Below, piece by piece: positions 26,958 through 35,668 of a stretch of 62,463 nucleotides of DNA. Positions within the stretch are counted from its first letter, which is position 1, and each line of letters begins with the position of its first letter. The notes beneath the pieces are model-generated. The model saw only the letters and a list, made by a program, of their open reading frames with translations. It was not told where the DNA came from and did no database searches. This DNA comes from Acidobacteriota bacterium (GTDB lineage: Bacteria > Acidobacteriota > Thermoanaerobaculia > UBA5066 > Gp7-AA6), in assembly GCA_046724475.1 (NCBI GenBank), contig JBKOVK010000013.1, positions 1 through 62,463 of the forward strand, in the 5' to 3' direction. Both the position numbers and the translations under genes were made by a program.

Positions 26958-29516
26958 GTGAGCGCATCCATCCCCCGCGTGACTCCCATGCTCCGGCAGT
27001 ACTTCGAAATGAAGAGCCGGGTCCCCGACGCCATTCTGCTGTACCGCATGGGCGACTTCTACGAGATGTTCTTCGACGACGCCAAGGACGCCGCGCCGCT
27101 TCTCGGAATCGCGCTGACGGCGCGCCATCGCGACTCCGACATCGAGGCGCCGATGTGCGGCGTGCCTCACCAGGCCGTCGACCATCACGTGGCGCGGCTG
27201 GTCGCGGCGGGACGCAAGGTCGCCATCTGCGATCAAGTCGAGGACCCGAAGGCGTCCCGCGGCCTCGTCCGGCGAGACATCACGCGCGTCGTCACGCCCG
27301 GGACCGTGCTGGACCCGGAATCCCTGATCCCGAACGCGCCGTCCTACCTGGCCTGCCTGGCTCCGGCCGGGGCCGAGTGGGGTGCCGCATTCCTGGACCT
27401 CTCGACCGGGCGGTTCCTGGCGGGTGCGGTCGCGGCCTCGAGGATCGCCGACGCGCTGACGCTGTTTCGCCCGCGCGAGATCCTGCTGCCCGACGACGTC
27501 GAGGCGCCCGTCTTCGCCGCCGCCCTCTCGAGGCGCGCGAAAGACTGGTGGACGCGCGCCGGCGCCGGTCTGGCGGACGCTCCGGATCTTTCGGGGCCCG
27601 CGCGATCCGCCGCCGCCGCGGCTCGCGCGTACGCCCGGGAGATGCGGCCCGGAGGTCCGCTGGCGCACGTCGGACCGCCGTCGCCGCTGGCGTTCGGCGA
27701 GCGGATGGGGCTCGACGCCGCGGCCGTCGCGACCCTGGAGCTCTTCGAATCCTCCGACGGAGCCTCAGCGCGGAGTCTCTGCGCGCTGCTCGACCGCACG
27801 CGCACGCCCCTGGGCGCCCGCGCGCTGCGGGAGGCGCTCGCGCATCCGTCCAGGGATCCGGTGGAGCTCAACGCCCGCTGGGACGCGGTCGAGGAGTTGC
27901 TTCGAAAGTCTGAGACGGCCCTGGCGCTTCAAACCGCGCTGGAGGAGGTCGGAGATCTGGAGAGGCGTTTCGCGCGGGTCGCGACCGGGACCGCAGGGCC
28001 CCGAGAGGTTGCGGCGCTCGCGTCGGGACTCGAGGCCGTGCCCCGCGTCCTGGCGGCGGCGGTCCCCCTGTCGGCGGGGAGGATTCGTTCCCTCGTCGAG
28101 TCGGTGCCGGACACCCTGGATTGCGTCGAGAGAATCCGCCGCACGCTGGCGCCGGATCCCCCGGTCCTGGCCTCGGCCGGCGGTGTCATCCGCGAAGGCG
28201 CCGATGCGGAGCTCGATCAGCTGCGCGCCCTGCGGCGCGACGCGCAGGGTGCGCTGCTTGCGATCGAAGCCGAGGAGAAGCGCCGCTCCGGTATTTCGAC
28301 GCTCAAGGTCCGCTTCAACCGCGTCTTCGGCTATTCGCTGGAAGTCGGCAACGCGCATCGGGAGAAAGTCCCCGCGGACTGGATCCGGAGGCAGTCGCTG
28401 GCCAACGCCGAGCGTTACGTGACGCCCGCATTGAAGGAGCTGGAGGAGAAGATCCTCGGCGCGGAGGATGCGATCGCGGCCATCGAGACGCGGCTGTACT
28501 CGGTGCTCCTCGCCGACCTGGCACACGCCGCGTCCCGCATCGGCCGCACGGCCGCGGTCGTCGGCGAGCTCGACCTTTTCGCGTGCTTTGCCGAGAACGC
28601 GCACGTCGGCCGGTGGGTGCGGCCGGCGCTGTCGGCCTCGCCGCGCCTTCGGATTGTCGAAGGCCGGCACCCGCTCGTCGAGAGTCTGCGCCGCGAAGAC
28701 GTCTTCGTTCCCAACGACACCGATCTGGACCCGGAATGCCGCATCCAGGTGGTGACCGGACCCAACATGGGAGGCAAGTCGACATACCTGCGCCAGGTCG
28801 CGACGATTGTGCTCCTCGCGCAGGCCGGATCCTTCGTCCCGGCCGCGAAGGCGGAGCTCTCGCTCTTCGACCGCATCTTCACGAGAGTGGGAGCGGCGGA
28901 CTACCTCTCGCGCGGAGAGTCCACGTTCATGGTCGAGATGCTGGAGTCGGCGGCGATTCTCCGCGGAGCCACGCCCCGCAGCCTCGTGATCCTGGACGAG
29001 GTCGGACGGGGCACGTCCACGTTTGACGGGCTCTCCATCGCGTGGGCGATCCTGGAGTACCTGCACGACACGCCGGATAAGGCGGCGTTCGTCCTCTTCG
29101 CGACGCACTACCACGAGCTGACGGAAATCGCGCTGGTCAAGCCGGCGGTGGTGAACTCGACGATGGCGGTCCGCGAGTCCTCCGGCCGCGTCGTGTTCCT
29201 CCGCAAGGTGGTGCCCGGCGCGGCCGACCGCAGCTACGGCATCCACGTGGCGGAGCTCGCGAACCTGCCGTCGGAGGTGACCGCGCGGGCCCGCGAGGTC
29301 CTGTCGAACCTCGAGAAGCAGGAGCTCGACGTCCAGGGCGCTCCCGTCATCGCGCGCAAGCAGGGCGAGAGCGCGGGCAGCGGCCAGTTCGTCCTGTTCT
29401 CGGCCGAAGAGGAGCTGGCGCTGGAGAGGCTCCGGGCCGCAGACTTGAACCTGATGACTCCGATCTCGGCCCTGTCGCTCCTCGCGGCGCTGCAGCAGCG
29501 GCTCAAGTTCAAGTGA
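26958..29516 (+). CDS. mutS: DNA mismatch repair protein MutS
   Basis: 852 aa with a GTG start. TPMLRQYFEMK...MGDFYEMFFDDA...TGPNMGGKSTYLRQ...LDEVGRGTSTFDGLSIAWA...ATHYHELT. Confidence 0.96.
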   Translation: MSASIPRVTPMLRQYFEMKSRVPDAILLYRMGDFYEMFFDDAKDAAPLLGIALTARHRDSDIEAPMCGVPHQAVDHHVARLVAAGRKVAICDQVEDPKASRGLVRRDITRVVTPGTVLDPESLIPNAPSYLACLAPAGAEWGAAFLDLSTGRFLAGAVAASRIADALTLFRPREILLPDDVEAPVFAAALSRRAKDWWTRAGAGLADAPDLSGPARSAAAAARAYAREMRPGGPLAHVGPPSPLAFGERMGLDAAAVATLELFESSDGASARSLCALLDRTRTPLGARALREALAHPSRDPVELNARWDAVEELLRKSETALALQTALEEVGDLERRFARVATGTAGPREVAALASGLEAVPRVLAAAVPLSAGRIRSLVESVPDTLDCVERIRRTLAPDPPVLASAGGVIREGADAELDQLRALRRDAQGALLAIEAEEKRRSGISTLKVRFNRVFGYSLEVGNAHREKVPADWIRRQSLANAERYVTPALKELEEKILGAEDAIAAIETRLYSVLLADLAHAASRIGRTAAVVGELDLFACFAENAHVGRWVRPALSASPRLRIVEGRHPLVESLRREDVFVPNDTDLDPECRIQVVTGPNMGGKSTYLRQVATIVLLAQAGSFVPAAKAELSLFDRIFTRVGAADYLSRGESTFMVEMLESAAILRGATPRSLVILDEVGRGTSTFDGLSIAWAILEYLHDTPDKAAFVLFATHYHELTEIALVKPAVVNSTMAVRESSGRVVFLRKVVPGAADRSYGIHVAELANLPSEVTARAREVLSNLEKQELDVQGAPVIARKQGESAGSGQFVLFSAEEELALERLRAADLNLMTPISALSLLAALQQRLKFK

Positions 29517-30517
29517 GCTCGCGGCTGTTCGGCGTCGGCGTGTCAGGGCCGGAGCTGACGGAGGCCGAGCGCGGGATCCTGGCGTCCCAGCCGCCCTACG
29601 GCGTCATCCTGTTCCAGCGCAACATCGAGAGTCCCGGCCAGCTCGGCCGGCTGATCGCGGAACTGCGCGGGCTCGGCGTGAGGTTTCTGTTCCTGGACCA
29701 GGAAGGGGGACCGGTCGACCGCTTGAGGGATCTGATGGCCCCCGCGCCGTCGCTTCGCCGCGCCGCGACACTCGGAGTCGCGCGGCGTGCCGGAGAGCTC
29801 GCGGGAGCGAGCCTCGTGAGTCTCGGGTTCGACGTGGACCTGGCTCCCGTCGTCGATCGCGCCGTGCCCGGGGCAGGCGAGGCGGTCCTGGGCGAGCGCG
29901 CGGTCTCCGCCGATCCGGGCGAGATCGTGCGGTCGGCGGGCGACTTTCTCGCGGGCCTGCATTCGAGGGGAGTGGGGGGGTGCCTGAAGCACTTTCCGGG
30001 ACTCGGCCGCGCCCGCCTCGATACGCACCAGGCCCTGCCGGTGCTCGAGGAAAACCGCCACGAGGAGGCTTTGGACCTCGTGCCGTTCGACGCGCTGATG
30101 GGAACCGCGCGCGCGGTCATGATCTCGCACGCGGCCGGGGAAGACGGACTTCCCGCGTCCCTGGCCGAGGAGTGGGCCACGATCCGCCTGCGCGACATCC
30201 TGAGCTTCGAGGGCGTCGCCTTCTCGGACGATCTCGAGATGGGGGCGCTCGACGCCTTCGGAGATCTTCCCGAACGATGCGTGCGGGCAGCGATGGCGGG
30301 GTGTGACCTGCTGTTCGTCTGCAAACGGATCGACGTCTATCCCCGATGCGTGGAAGCGGTGGAGGCACGGGTCCCCGTACCGCGGCGCACCGAGGCGGCC
30401 GAGCGGCTGGAGGATTACGCGGGCCACCTCGCCCGTCTGCAAAAGGCGGCGCCCGGCGGCGAGACCATTCCCGCTCTCACCGCCGAGCTGCGCTCGCTGG
30501 CCGACTCTGCCGCTTGA
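29513..30517 (+). CDS. nagZ: beta-N-acetylhexosaminidase (GH3, NagZ-like)
   Basis: 334 aa. GTGA overlap with mutS. GVILFQRNI...FLDQEGGPVDRL...KHFPGLGRARLDTH...SDDLEMGA. Confidence 0.85.
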   Translation: MSSRLFGVGVSGPELTEAERGILASQPPYGVILFQRNIESPGQLGRLIAELRGLGVRFLFLDQEGGPVDRLRDLMAPAPSLRRAATLGVARRAGELAGASLVSLGFDVDLAPVVDRAVPGAGEAVLGERAVSADPGEIVRSAGDFLAGLHSRGVGGCLKHFPGLGRARLDTHQALPVLEENRHEEALDLVPFDALMGTARAVMISHAAGEDGLPASLAEEWATIRLRDILSFEGVAFSDDLEMGALDAFGDLPERCVRAAMAGCDLLFVCKRIDVYPRCVEAVEARVPVPRRTEAAERLEDYAGHLARLQKAAPGGETIPALTAELRSLADSAA

Positions 30518-30526
30518 CCCGGTCTC

Positions 30527-30955
30527 TTAGAACGGGACGTCGTCGTCGTAGGCGCCGCCCGCGGTGGTCGCGGCCGGCTCGGGCGTCTCGGCGACCTCGC
30601 GGGGCGCGGACCGGGCGCCATCCTCTCGCCGTCCGAGCATGACGACGTTGGAAGCCTTGATCTCGGTCTTGTAGCGCTTCTGCCCGTTCTGATCCTCCCA
30701 GCTTCGGGTTTGAAGACTGCCCTCGACGTATACCTGTTTGCCTTTCTGCAGGTACTCGCCGCAGATCTGCGCGAGCTTCTCCCAGGCCACGATGTCGTGC
30801 CACTCGGTGCGCTCCTGCTTGGCGCCCGACGCGTCCTTCCAGGCCGTCGTGGTCGCGAGCGTGAAGCGCGCAAGGGTCGTTCCCTGCGGTGTGGTGCGGA
30901 CCTCCGGATCCTTTCCGAGGTTCCCGATCAGAATCACCTTGTTGACGCTGGCCAT
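30527..30955 (-). CDS. ssb: single-stranded DNA-binding protein
   Basis: 142 aa. [22 protein letters not shown]...[14 protein letters not shown]...C-terminal acidic tip DDDVPF. AAGGAGGG SD upstream. Confidence 0.95.
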   Translation of the reverse strand: MASVNKVILIGNLGKDPEVRTTPQGTTLARFTLATTTAWKDASGAKQERTEWHDIVAWEKLAQICGEYLQKGKQVYVEGSLQTRSWEDQNGQKRYKTEIKASNVVMLGRREDGARSAPREVAETPEPAATTAGGAYDDDVPF

Positions 30956-31046
30956 GTATTCGCCCTCCTTTCAGGTGCTGTGACGATATTCCACTTTCCT
31001 CCGGACAAATGATGTCCGAGGGTTGCCGGGCTAAAATCCCCGCAAC

Positions 31047-32624
31047 GTGGCGTCCAACGAGATCGAAGAGACCCGCGGACACCTCGTCCGCTCTGCCTCG
31101 ACGATCACGCCGCTGACGCTGCTCTCCCGGGTCACCGGATATCTCCGGGAGAAGGTCATCGCCGCCACGTTCGGCGCCGGGATGCGGACGGACGCGTTCT
31201 TCGTCGCCTTTCGCATCCCCAACATGCTGCGCGAGATCATCGGCGAGGGGGCGATGTCTTCGGCCGTGATCCCGGTCTACGCCGAGGTCTCAGCGAAGCG
31301 AAGCGCCGAGGAGGCCCGGGCGTTTCTCGGGCGCGTGGTGGCCACGTTCTCCCTGATCCTCGCGGCGCTGACGTGCGCCGGGATCGTCTTCTCTCCATGG
31401 CTCGTCGGTCTTCTGGCCGGACAGTTCCGCCGGACGCCCGGCAAGTTCGAGCTGACCGTCGCGCTGAACCGTTGGATTTTCCCCTACATCTTCCTGGTTT
31501 CGCTCGCGGCGCTCTGCCAGGCGGTCCTCAACGCGCATCGCCGTTTCGCGGCGCCGGCGGCGGCGCCGATCTTTCTGAACGTGTCGATCATCCTGGCCGC
31601 ACTCTTCGTCTCGCCGCGGCTGGCCGAGCCGGCGTACGGTCTGGCGATCGGAGTCCTCGCCGGAGGCGTCCTGCAGATTGCGGTCCAGATTCCACAGCTC
31701 CGGAAGCTGCGCGCGGTCGGGCGGCCGGCGCTGGGTTGGCGAGACCCGGCGGTGCGATCCGTGCTGCTCCTGATGACGCCGCGGCTTCTCGCCTACGGGA
31801 TCAACTCGGTCAACATCGTGGTCTCGACGCGGTTCGCGGCGGGCCTCGGTGACGCCAGCGTCTCGTATCTGAACTACGCCAACCGCCTCAAGGAACTGGT
31901 GCTGGGAGGATTCGCCGTGTCGGTCGCAACCGCGATCCTGCCGCTGCTGTCGAGCCAGGCTCTCGCGGCCGACCGGGAGCCGTTCAAGGAGAATCTCGCG
32001 TTCGCGCTGCGGCTGATCGCGTTCGTGACGGTTCCCGCGAGTGTCGGCCTGATCGTGCTCCAGACGCCGATCGTCCGCGTGCTTTTCCAGGGAGGAAGAT
32101 TCGGTTCCGCGGACACGCTCGCCACGGCCGCGGTGCTCGCCACGCTCTCGGTCGGGTTGTTCTTCTTCGCCGCCGTTCGCGTGATCGTCCCCGCGTTCTA
32201 CGCTCTGAAGAACACGACGCTGCCGGTCGTCGCCGCACTCGCCGACGCCGCGACGTTCGTCTCGCTCTGTCTCCTGTGGACGCGTTCCCTCGGGCTTCCC
32301 GGGATCGGCCTGGCCGCCTCGACGGCCGCCGGAGTCAACGTGGCCGTCCTCGTCGTCGCGCTGCGCCGGCGCGAGGGTCGGCTGCGCGGGCGCCAGATCT
32401 TCGCGTCGCTTCTCCGGATCGCCGGAGCGGCGGCGATCATGGGCGGCTTCCTCTGGGCGATCCTGCGCATGGTCCCCGAGCCGCGGATCGCGGGATGGCG
32501 GGGGGCGGCGATCTTGACGCTCGTGATCGGCGCGGCCGCCGCCGTGTACACGGTGAGCGCGCACCTGCTCGGCGCCCCGGAGCCGGCGGAGTTGAGGCGC
32601 GTGGCGCGCCGGAGACGGCGGTGA
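31047..32624 (+). CDS. murJ: lipid II flippase MurJ (MviN)
   Basis: 525 aa with a GTG start. LLSRVTGYLREKVIAATFGAGMRTDAFFVAFRIPNMLREIIGEGAMSSAVIPV is the MurJ N-terminal signature. About 14 TM segments. Confidence 0.92.
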   Translation: MASNEIEETRGHLVRSASTITPLTLLSRVTGYLREKVIAATFGAGMRTDAFFVAFRIPNMLREIIGEGAMSSAVIPVYAEVSAKRSAEEARAFLGRVVATFSLILAALTCAGIVFSPWLVGLLAGQFRRTPGKFELTVALNRWIFPYIFLVSLAALCQAVLNAHRRFAAPAAAPIFLNVSIILAALFVSPRLAEPAYGLAIGVLAGGVLQIAVQIPQLRKLRAVGRPALGWRDPAVRSVLLLMTPRLLAYGINSVNIVVSTRFAAGLGDASVSYLNYANRLKELVLGGFAVSVATAILPLLSSQALAADREPFKENLAFALRLIAFVTVPASVGLIVLQTPIVRVLFQGGRFGSADTLATAAVLATLSVGLFFFAAVRVIVPAFYALKNTTLPVVAALADAATFVSLCLLWTRSLGLPGIGLAASTAAGVNVAVLVVALRRREGRLRGRQIFASLLRIAGAAAIMGGFLWAILRMVPEPRIAGWRGAAILTLVIGAAAAVYTVSAHLLGAPEPAELRRVARRRRR

Positions 32625-33076
32625 AGCTCGTCATCCAGCGCGTCTCGAGCGCGTCCGTCCGGGTCGGAGACGAGATCGTCGGAGAGATCGGCCGTGGCTT
32701 CCTGGTCCTCTTCGGCGCGGAGAGGGGCGACACCGCAACGCTCGCATCCGAGGCCGCCCGGAAAGTCGCGGGCTTGCGCATCTTCGAGGACGCCGAGGGA
32801 AAAATGAATCTCTCGCTCGCCGACGTCGGAGGCGAGGTCCTCGCCGTCTCGCAGTTCACGCTCGGCGCCGATCTGTCGCGCGGCCGCCGGCCCGGCTTCG
32901 AGCATGCCCTGCGCGGGCCGGAAGCCGAGCCGCTCTACGAGGGATTCGTGGCGGCGCTCCGAGGCGAAGGCCTCTCGGTTTCTACCGGAATCTTCGGAGC
33001 GATGATGTCCGTCGCCCTCGTCAACGAGGGGCCGGCGACTTTTCTTCTCGAGCTGCCACGGCGCGCGTCCGGTTAG
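32621..33076 (+). CDS. dtd: D-aminoacyl-tRNA deacylase
   Basis: GTG 32621 (GTGA overlap with murJ), 151 aa. VKLVIQRVSSASVRV...GRGFLVLFG...KMNLSL...VLAVSQFTL...GRRPGF...GIFGAMMSVALVNEGPATFLLE. Confidence 0.9.
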   Translation: MKLVIQRVSSASVRVGDEIVGEIGRGFLVLFGAERGDTATLASEAARKVAGLRIFEDAEGKMNLSLADVGGEVLAVSQFTLGADLSRGRRPGFEHALRGPEAEPLYEGFVAALRGEGLSVSTGIFGAMMSVALVNEGPATFLLELPRRASG

Positions 33077-33948
33077 AGCACCCGGATCGGCGTCAGCGCG
33101 AAGGACAGCAGGAAGATCGCGATGCACGCGAGCGCGACGAGCGTGCGTCCGAAGTCCAGAGGCTCGTTGTCGTCGGTCATCGGGGGATGGGCGAATCCCG
33201 TCAGCAGCACGGCGAACGCCGCGAAGACCAGCCAGATCGGCGGACCGGAGAAAGCGCCCGCGACGGCCAGGGCCAGAGCCGCGGCGCCGGCCAGCGGCTG
33301 GCGGCGCCCGAGCAGGGCGCGCGTAACGTGCGAGCCGTCGAGCTGTCCCAGCGGAATCAGGTTCATCGCGGTGACGAGCAGGCCGAACCATGCGGCCATG
33401 AAGGTCGGATGCTCGTGCACGCTCGCGCTCGTGTAGGGCTGCACGTGCATCCACTTCTGCGCCCATCGGACGATCATGGGATAGTCGAACAGCACCAGGC
33501 CGGGCTGGAGCGGCGTGGTCGTGGGTCGAGGATGCGCGACGCCGTACAAGAGGAACGGGATCGTCGCGACGAATCCCGCGATGGGGCCGGCCGCTCCGAT
33601 GTCGAGCAGGATCCGCTTGTTCGGGATCGGCTCCTTGATGCGGATGAGGGCGCCGAACGTTCCGAACGAGAGAAAGCCCGGGAAGAGGATCGGCGACGGG
33701 AGGAAGATCGGCAGCGTCGCCGCGAGCCGGTACCGGCGGCACATCAGGTAGTGGCCGGTCTCGTGGACGCCCAGGATGATCATCACCGGGATGGAGAAGG
33801 CGAATCCGTCCGAGAAGCGGCCCTTCGCCAGCCATCCTCCGTTGGTCGTGAACGCCGCGCCGCCGGCCAGCGTCGTCGTGACGAAGGTCAGCAGGAACAG
33901 CGCGAGATGAAAGAGAGGATGCTCGACGAAACGCCGGTAGCCGCTCAA
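33073..33948 (-). CDS. site-2 protease family membrane metalloprotease (peptidase M50)
   Basis: HExxH (GVHETGHYLMC) and the second S2P motif (AMNLIPLGQLDGSH) in a polytopic protein. The track ORF (to 34569) overlaps the upstream gene. My best start guess is TTG 33948 (MSGYRRFVEHPLFHLALFLL...); the start is uncertain. Confidence 0.75.
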   Translation of the reverse strand: MSGYRRFVEHPLFHLALFLLTFVTTTLAGGAAFTTNGGWLAKGRFSDGFAFSIPVMIILGVHETGHYLMCRRYRLAATLPIFLPSPILFPGFLSFGTFGALIRIKEPIPNKRILLDIGAAGPIAGFVATIPFLLYGVAHPRPTTTPLQPGLVLFDYPMIVRWAQKWMHVQPYTSASVHEHPTFMAAWFGLLVTAMNLIPLGQLDGSHVTRALLGRRQPLAGAAALALAVAGAFSGPPIWLVFAAFAVLLTGFAHPPMTDDNEPLDFGRTLVALACIAIFLLSFALTPIRVL

Positions 33949-33992
33949 ACGCGGAGGAGGCTCGGGCGGCGGGGAATCGAGGGAGGGACCGG

Positions 33993-35342
33993 TCAGACGC
34001 TGCTCGCGGGGGCTGCCTTCCGAAGCTCGAGCAGCAGCTTCGCGAGAGCGCTTCCGAGGGAGCTGGCGGCGATCTCGAGAGTTCGGTAGTCGTCTTCGGA
34101 CATCGGCGCGCCGAGCCGGTCCGCGTAGAGGAAAGCGACCAGCCGGTCTTTGATGCGGACCGGGTAGACCGCGCACGACGCCGTGGCGCGCGGGCCCAAC
34201 AGGCGCGCGACCGCCGGCGGCATCAGGACGCGGCTCAAACCGCCGCGGTGCGGAGATCCCGAGAGTTTGACGAACGCGAAGATCGAGGGCTCTCCCCACG
34301 GGATCCGCAGCCGCGACACGCCTTCCCGGCTGATGCCGCCGCCGCGAGCCGTCCAGCCCTGGATGGACTCCTGCGCCGAGACGAAGAGAAGCAGCCGCGG
34401 GAACTGCGTCGCGAGGCTGTCCAGCGCCGCCTCGGCGATCCGGTCGCGCCCCGAGGGGCCCGGCTCGGAAGGCGCGGGCGCGACGACGACGGGGGCGGGA
34501 GCGGGAGGCGGCGCCTGCACCGGAATCGGTACCGGAGTCTCGAACTCCGCGATGTCGTCGTTCTTCCACATCTGCGCCGCGAGCTGCTCGGGCGGCTGCG
34601 GCGGCGCGAAGTCCGGCAGGAGCTCCGCGCTGTCGGCGAGCTCGATCTGCGGGTCCTCCGCGGAGAGGAACGGAGCCGCGTACGCGGATCGCCGGCCCGG
34701 CGGAGTCTCCTCCTCTCCCACCGAGATCGGGATTCGCGTGGCGCGAGTGCGGCGCGGCGGAGCGGGGGCCGCGGAGGGCGCGGGCGCTTCCGTCATGTCG
34801 GGCACCGACGCCGTCGGCGCCGGCGCGTCGGCCGCGGGTCGCGGACGATCTCCCCGCCTCTCCTCGTTGCGCTCAAGCTTGTTCAGAACGCTGCGGAACT
34901 CGATCGGAATCGGACGGCCGTAGAAGAGATGAAGCGCCTGCAGCAGCCGCACCTCCGAGATCACGGCCGGAACGATGGGGCGGCCGGTCAGCGCGGACAC
35001 TTCGTCCACGGCCGCCAGGTTGGACGGGTTCTTGAACGCGACGCGCGCGCCGCGTCCCTCCAGCGCATACGGAATCGCGGCCAGTCGGATCGCTGCGCGC
35101 TCCGGCAGGAGGCGGACGACGTGGGGAGGCGATTTCAAGATTTCCGACCACGTCACGTAGTCGCAGCGGTGGATCGTCGCGAGCGCCTTCAGGAGGCTCT
35201 CTTCTCCGAGCAGATCGCGGTCGAGAAGGATCGTGCCGAGCCGGAACGGTTCGCCGGTGTGCCGCTGAAAGCCGAGTGCGCTTTGAACGGCGCCTTCCGA
35301 GAGAACTCCCTCGGCTACGAGCAGCTCGCCGATGCGAGGCAT
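33993..35342 (-). CDS. ATPase-less MshEN/T2SSE_N-domain protein with Pro-rich linker and GAF-like C-terminal domain (paralog A)
   Basis: 449 aa. MPRIGELLVAEGVLSEGAVQSALGFQ...RLGTILLDRDLLGEESLLKALATI...AAIPYALEGRGARVAFKNPSNLAAVDEVSALTGRPIVPAVISEVRLLQALHLFYG is T2SSE_N-like. The C-terminus ...AVYPVRIKDRLVAFLYADRLGAPMSEDDYRTLEIAASSLGSAL is GAF-like by eye. Confidence 0.7.
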   Translation of the reverse strand: MPRIGELLVAEGVLSEGAVQSALGFQRHTGEPFRLGTILLDRDLLGEESLLKALATIHRCDYVTWSEILKSPPHVVRLLPERAAIRLAAIPYALEGRGARVAFKNPSNLAAVDEVSALTGRPIVPAVISEVRLLQALHLFYGRPIPIEFRSVLNKLERNEERRGDRPRPAADAPAPTASVPDMTEAPAPSAAPAPPRRTRATRIPISVGEEETPPGRRSAYAAPFLSAEDPQIELADSAELLPDFAPPQPPEQLAAQMWKNDDIAEFETPVPIPVQAPPPAPAPVVVAPAPSEPGPSGRDRIAEAALDSLATQFPRLLLFVSAQESIQGWTARGGGISREGVSRLRIPWGEPSIFAFVKLSGSPHRGGLSRVLMPPAVARLLGPRATASCAVYPVRIKDRLVAFLYADRLGAPMSEDDYRTLEIAASSLGSALAKLLLELRKAAPASSV

Positions 35343-35375
35343 CGTCCTTATTCTATTTCGGACCGGGAGGCGAGG

Positions 35376-35645
35376 CTAAGGCAGGTCGCGCAGATCCTTG
35401 CCGGGTTTGAACCGGATCGTGTTGCCCGGAGGAATCGACACCTCGACGCCGGTCTTGGGGTTGCGGCCGATGCCGCGCTTGCGGCGCTTGACCTGAAACA
35501 CCCCGAATCCGCGAAGCTCGATGCGGTCGCCGGCACCGAGCGCGGAGCGCATGGCTTCTATGACCGTTTCCACGGCCGTCGCCGCTTTGGCCCGGGGGAT
35601 CTGGGCGAGATCCACCACGCGATCCACGATGTCCGCTTTGATCAT
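35376..35645 (-). CDS. IHF/HU-family DNA-binding protein (IHF-like)
   Basis: ATG 35645 is preceded by GGAGGA, 89 aa. MIKADIVDRVVD...VETVIEAMRSALGAGDRIELRGFGVFQVKRRKRGIGRNPKTGVEVSIPPGNTIRFKPGKDL. The long 487-aa track ORF is an off-frame extension. Confidence 0.9.
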   Translation of the reverse strand: MIKADIVDRVVDLAQIPRAKAATAVETVIEAMRSALGAGDRIELRGFGVFQVKRRKRGIGRNPKTGVEVSIPPGNTIRFKPGKDLRDLP

Positions 35646-35668
35646 CGGTCCTCCGGGGTACCCCGAAA

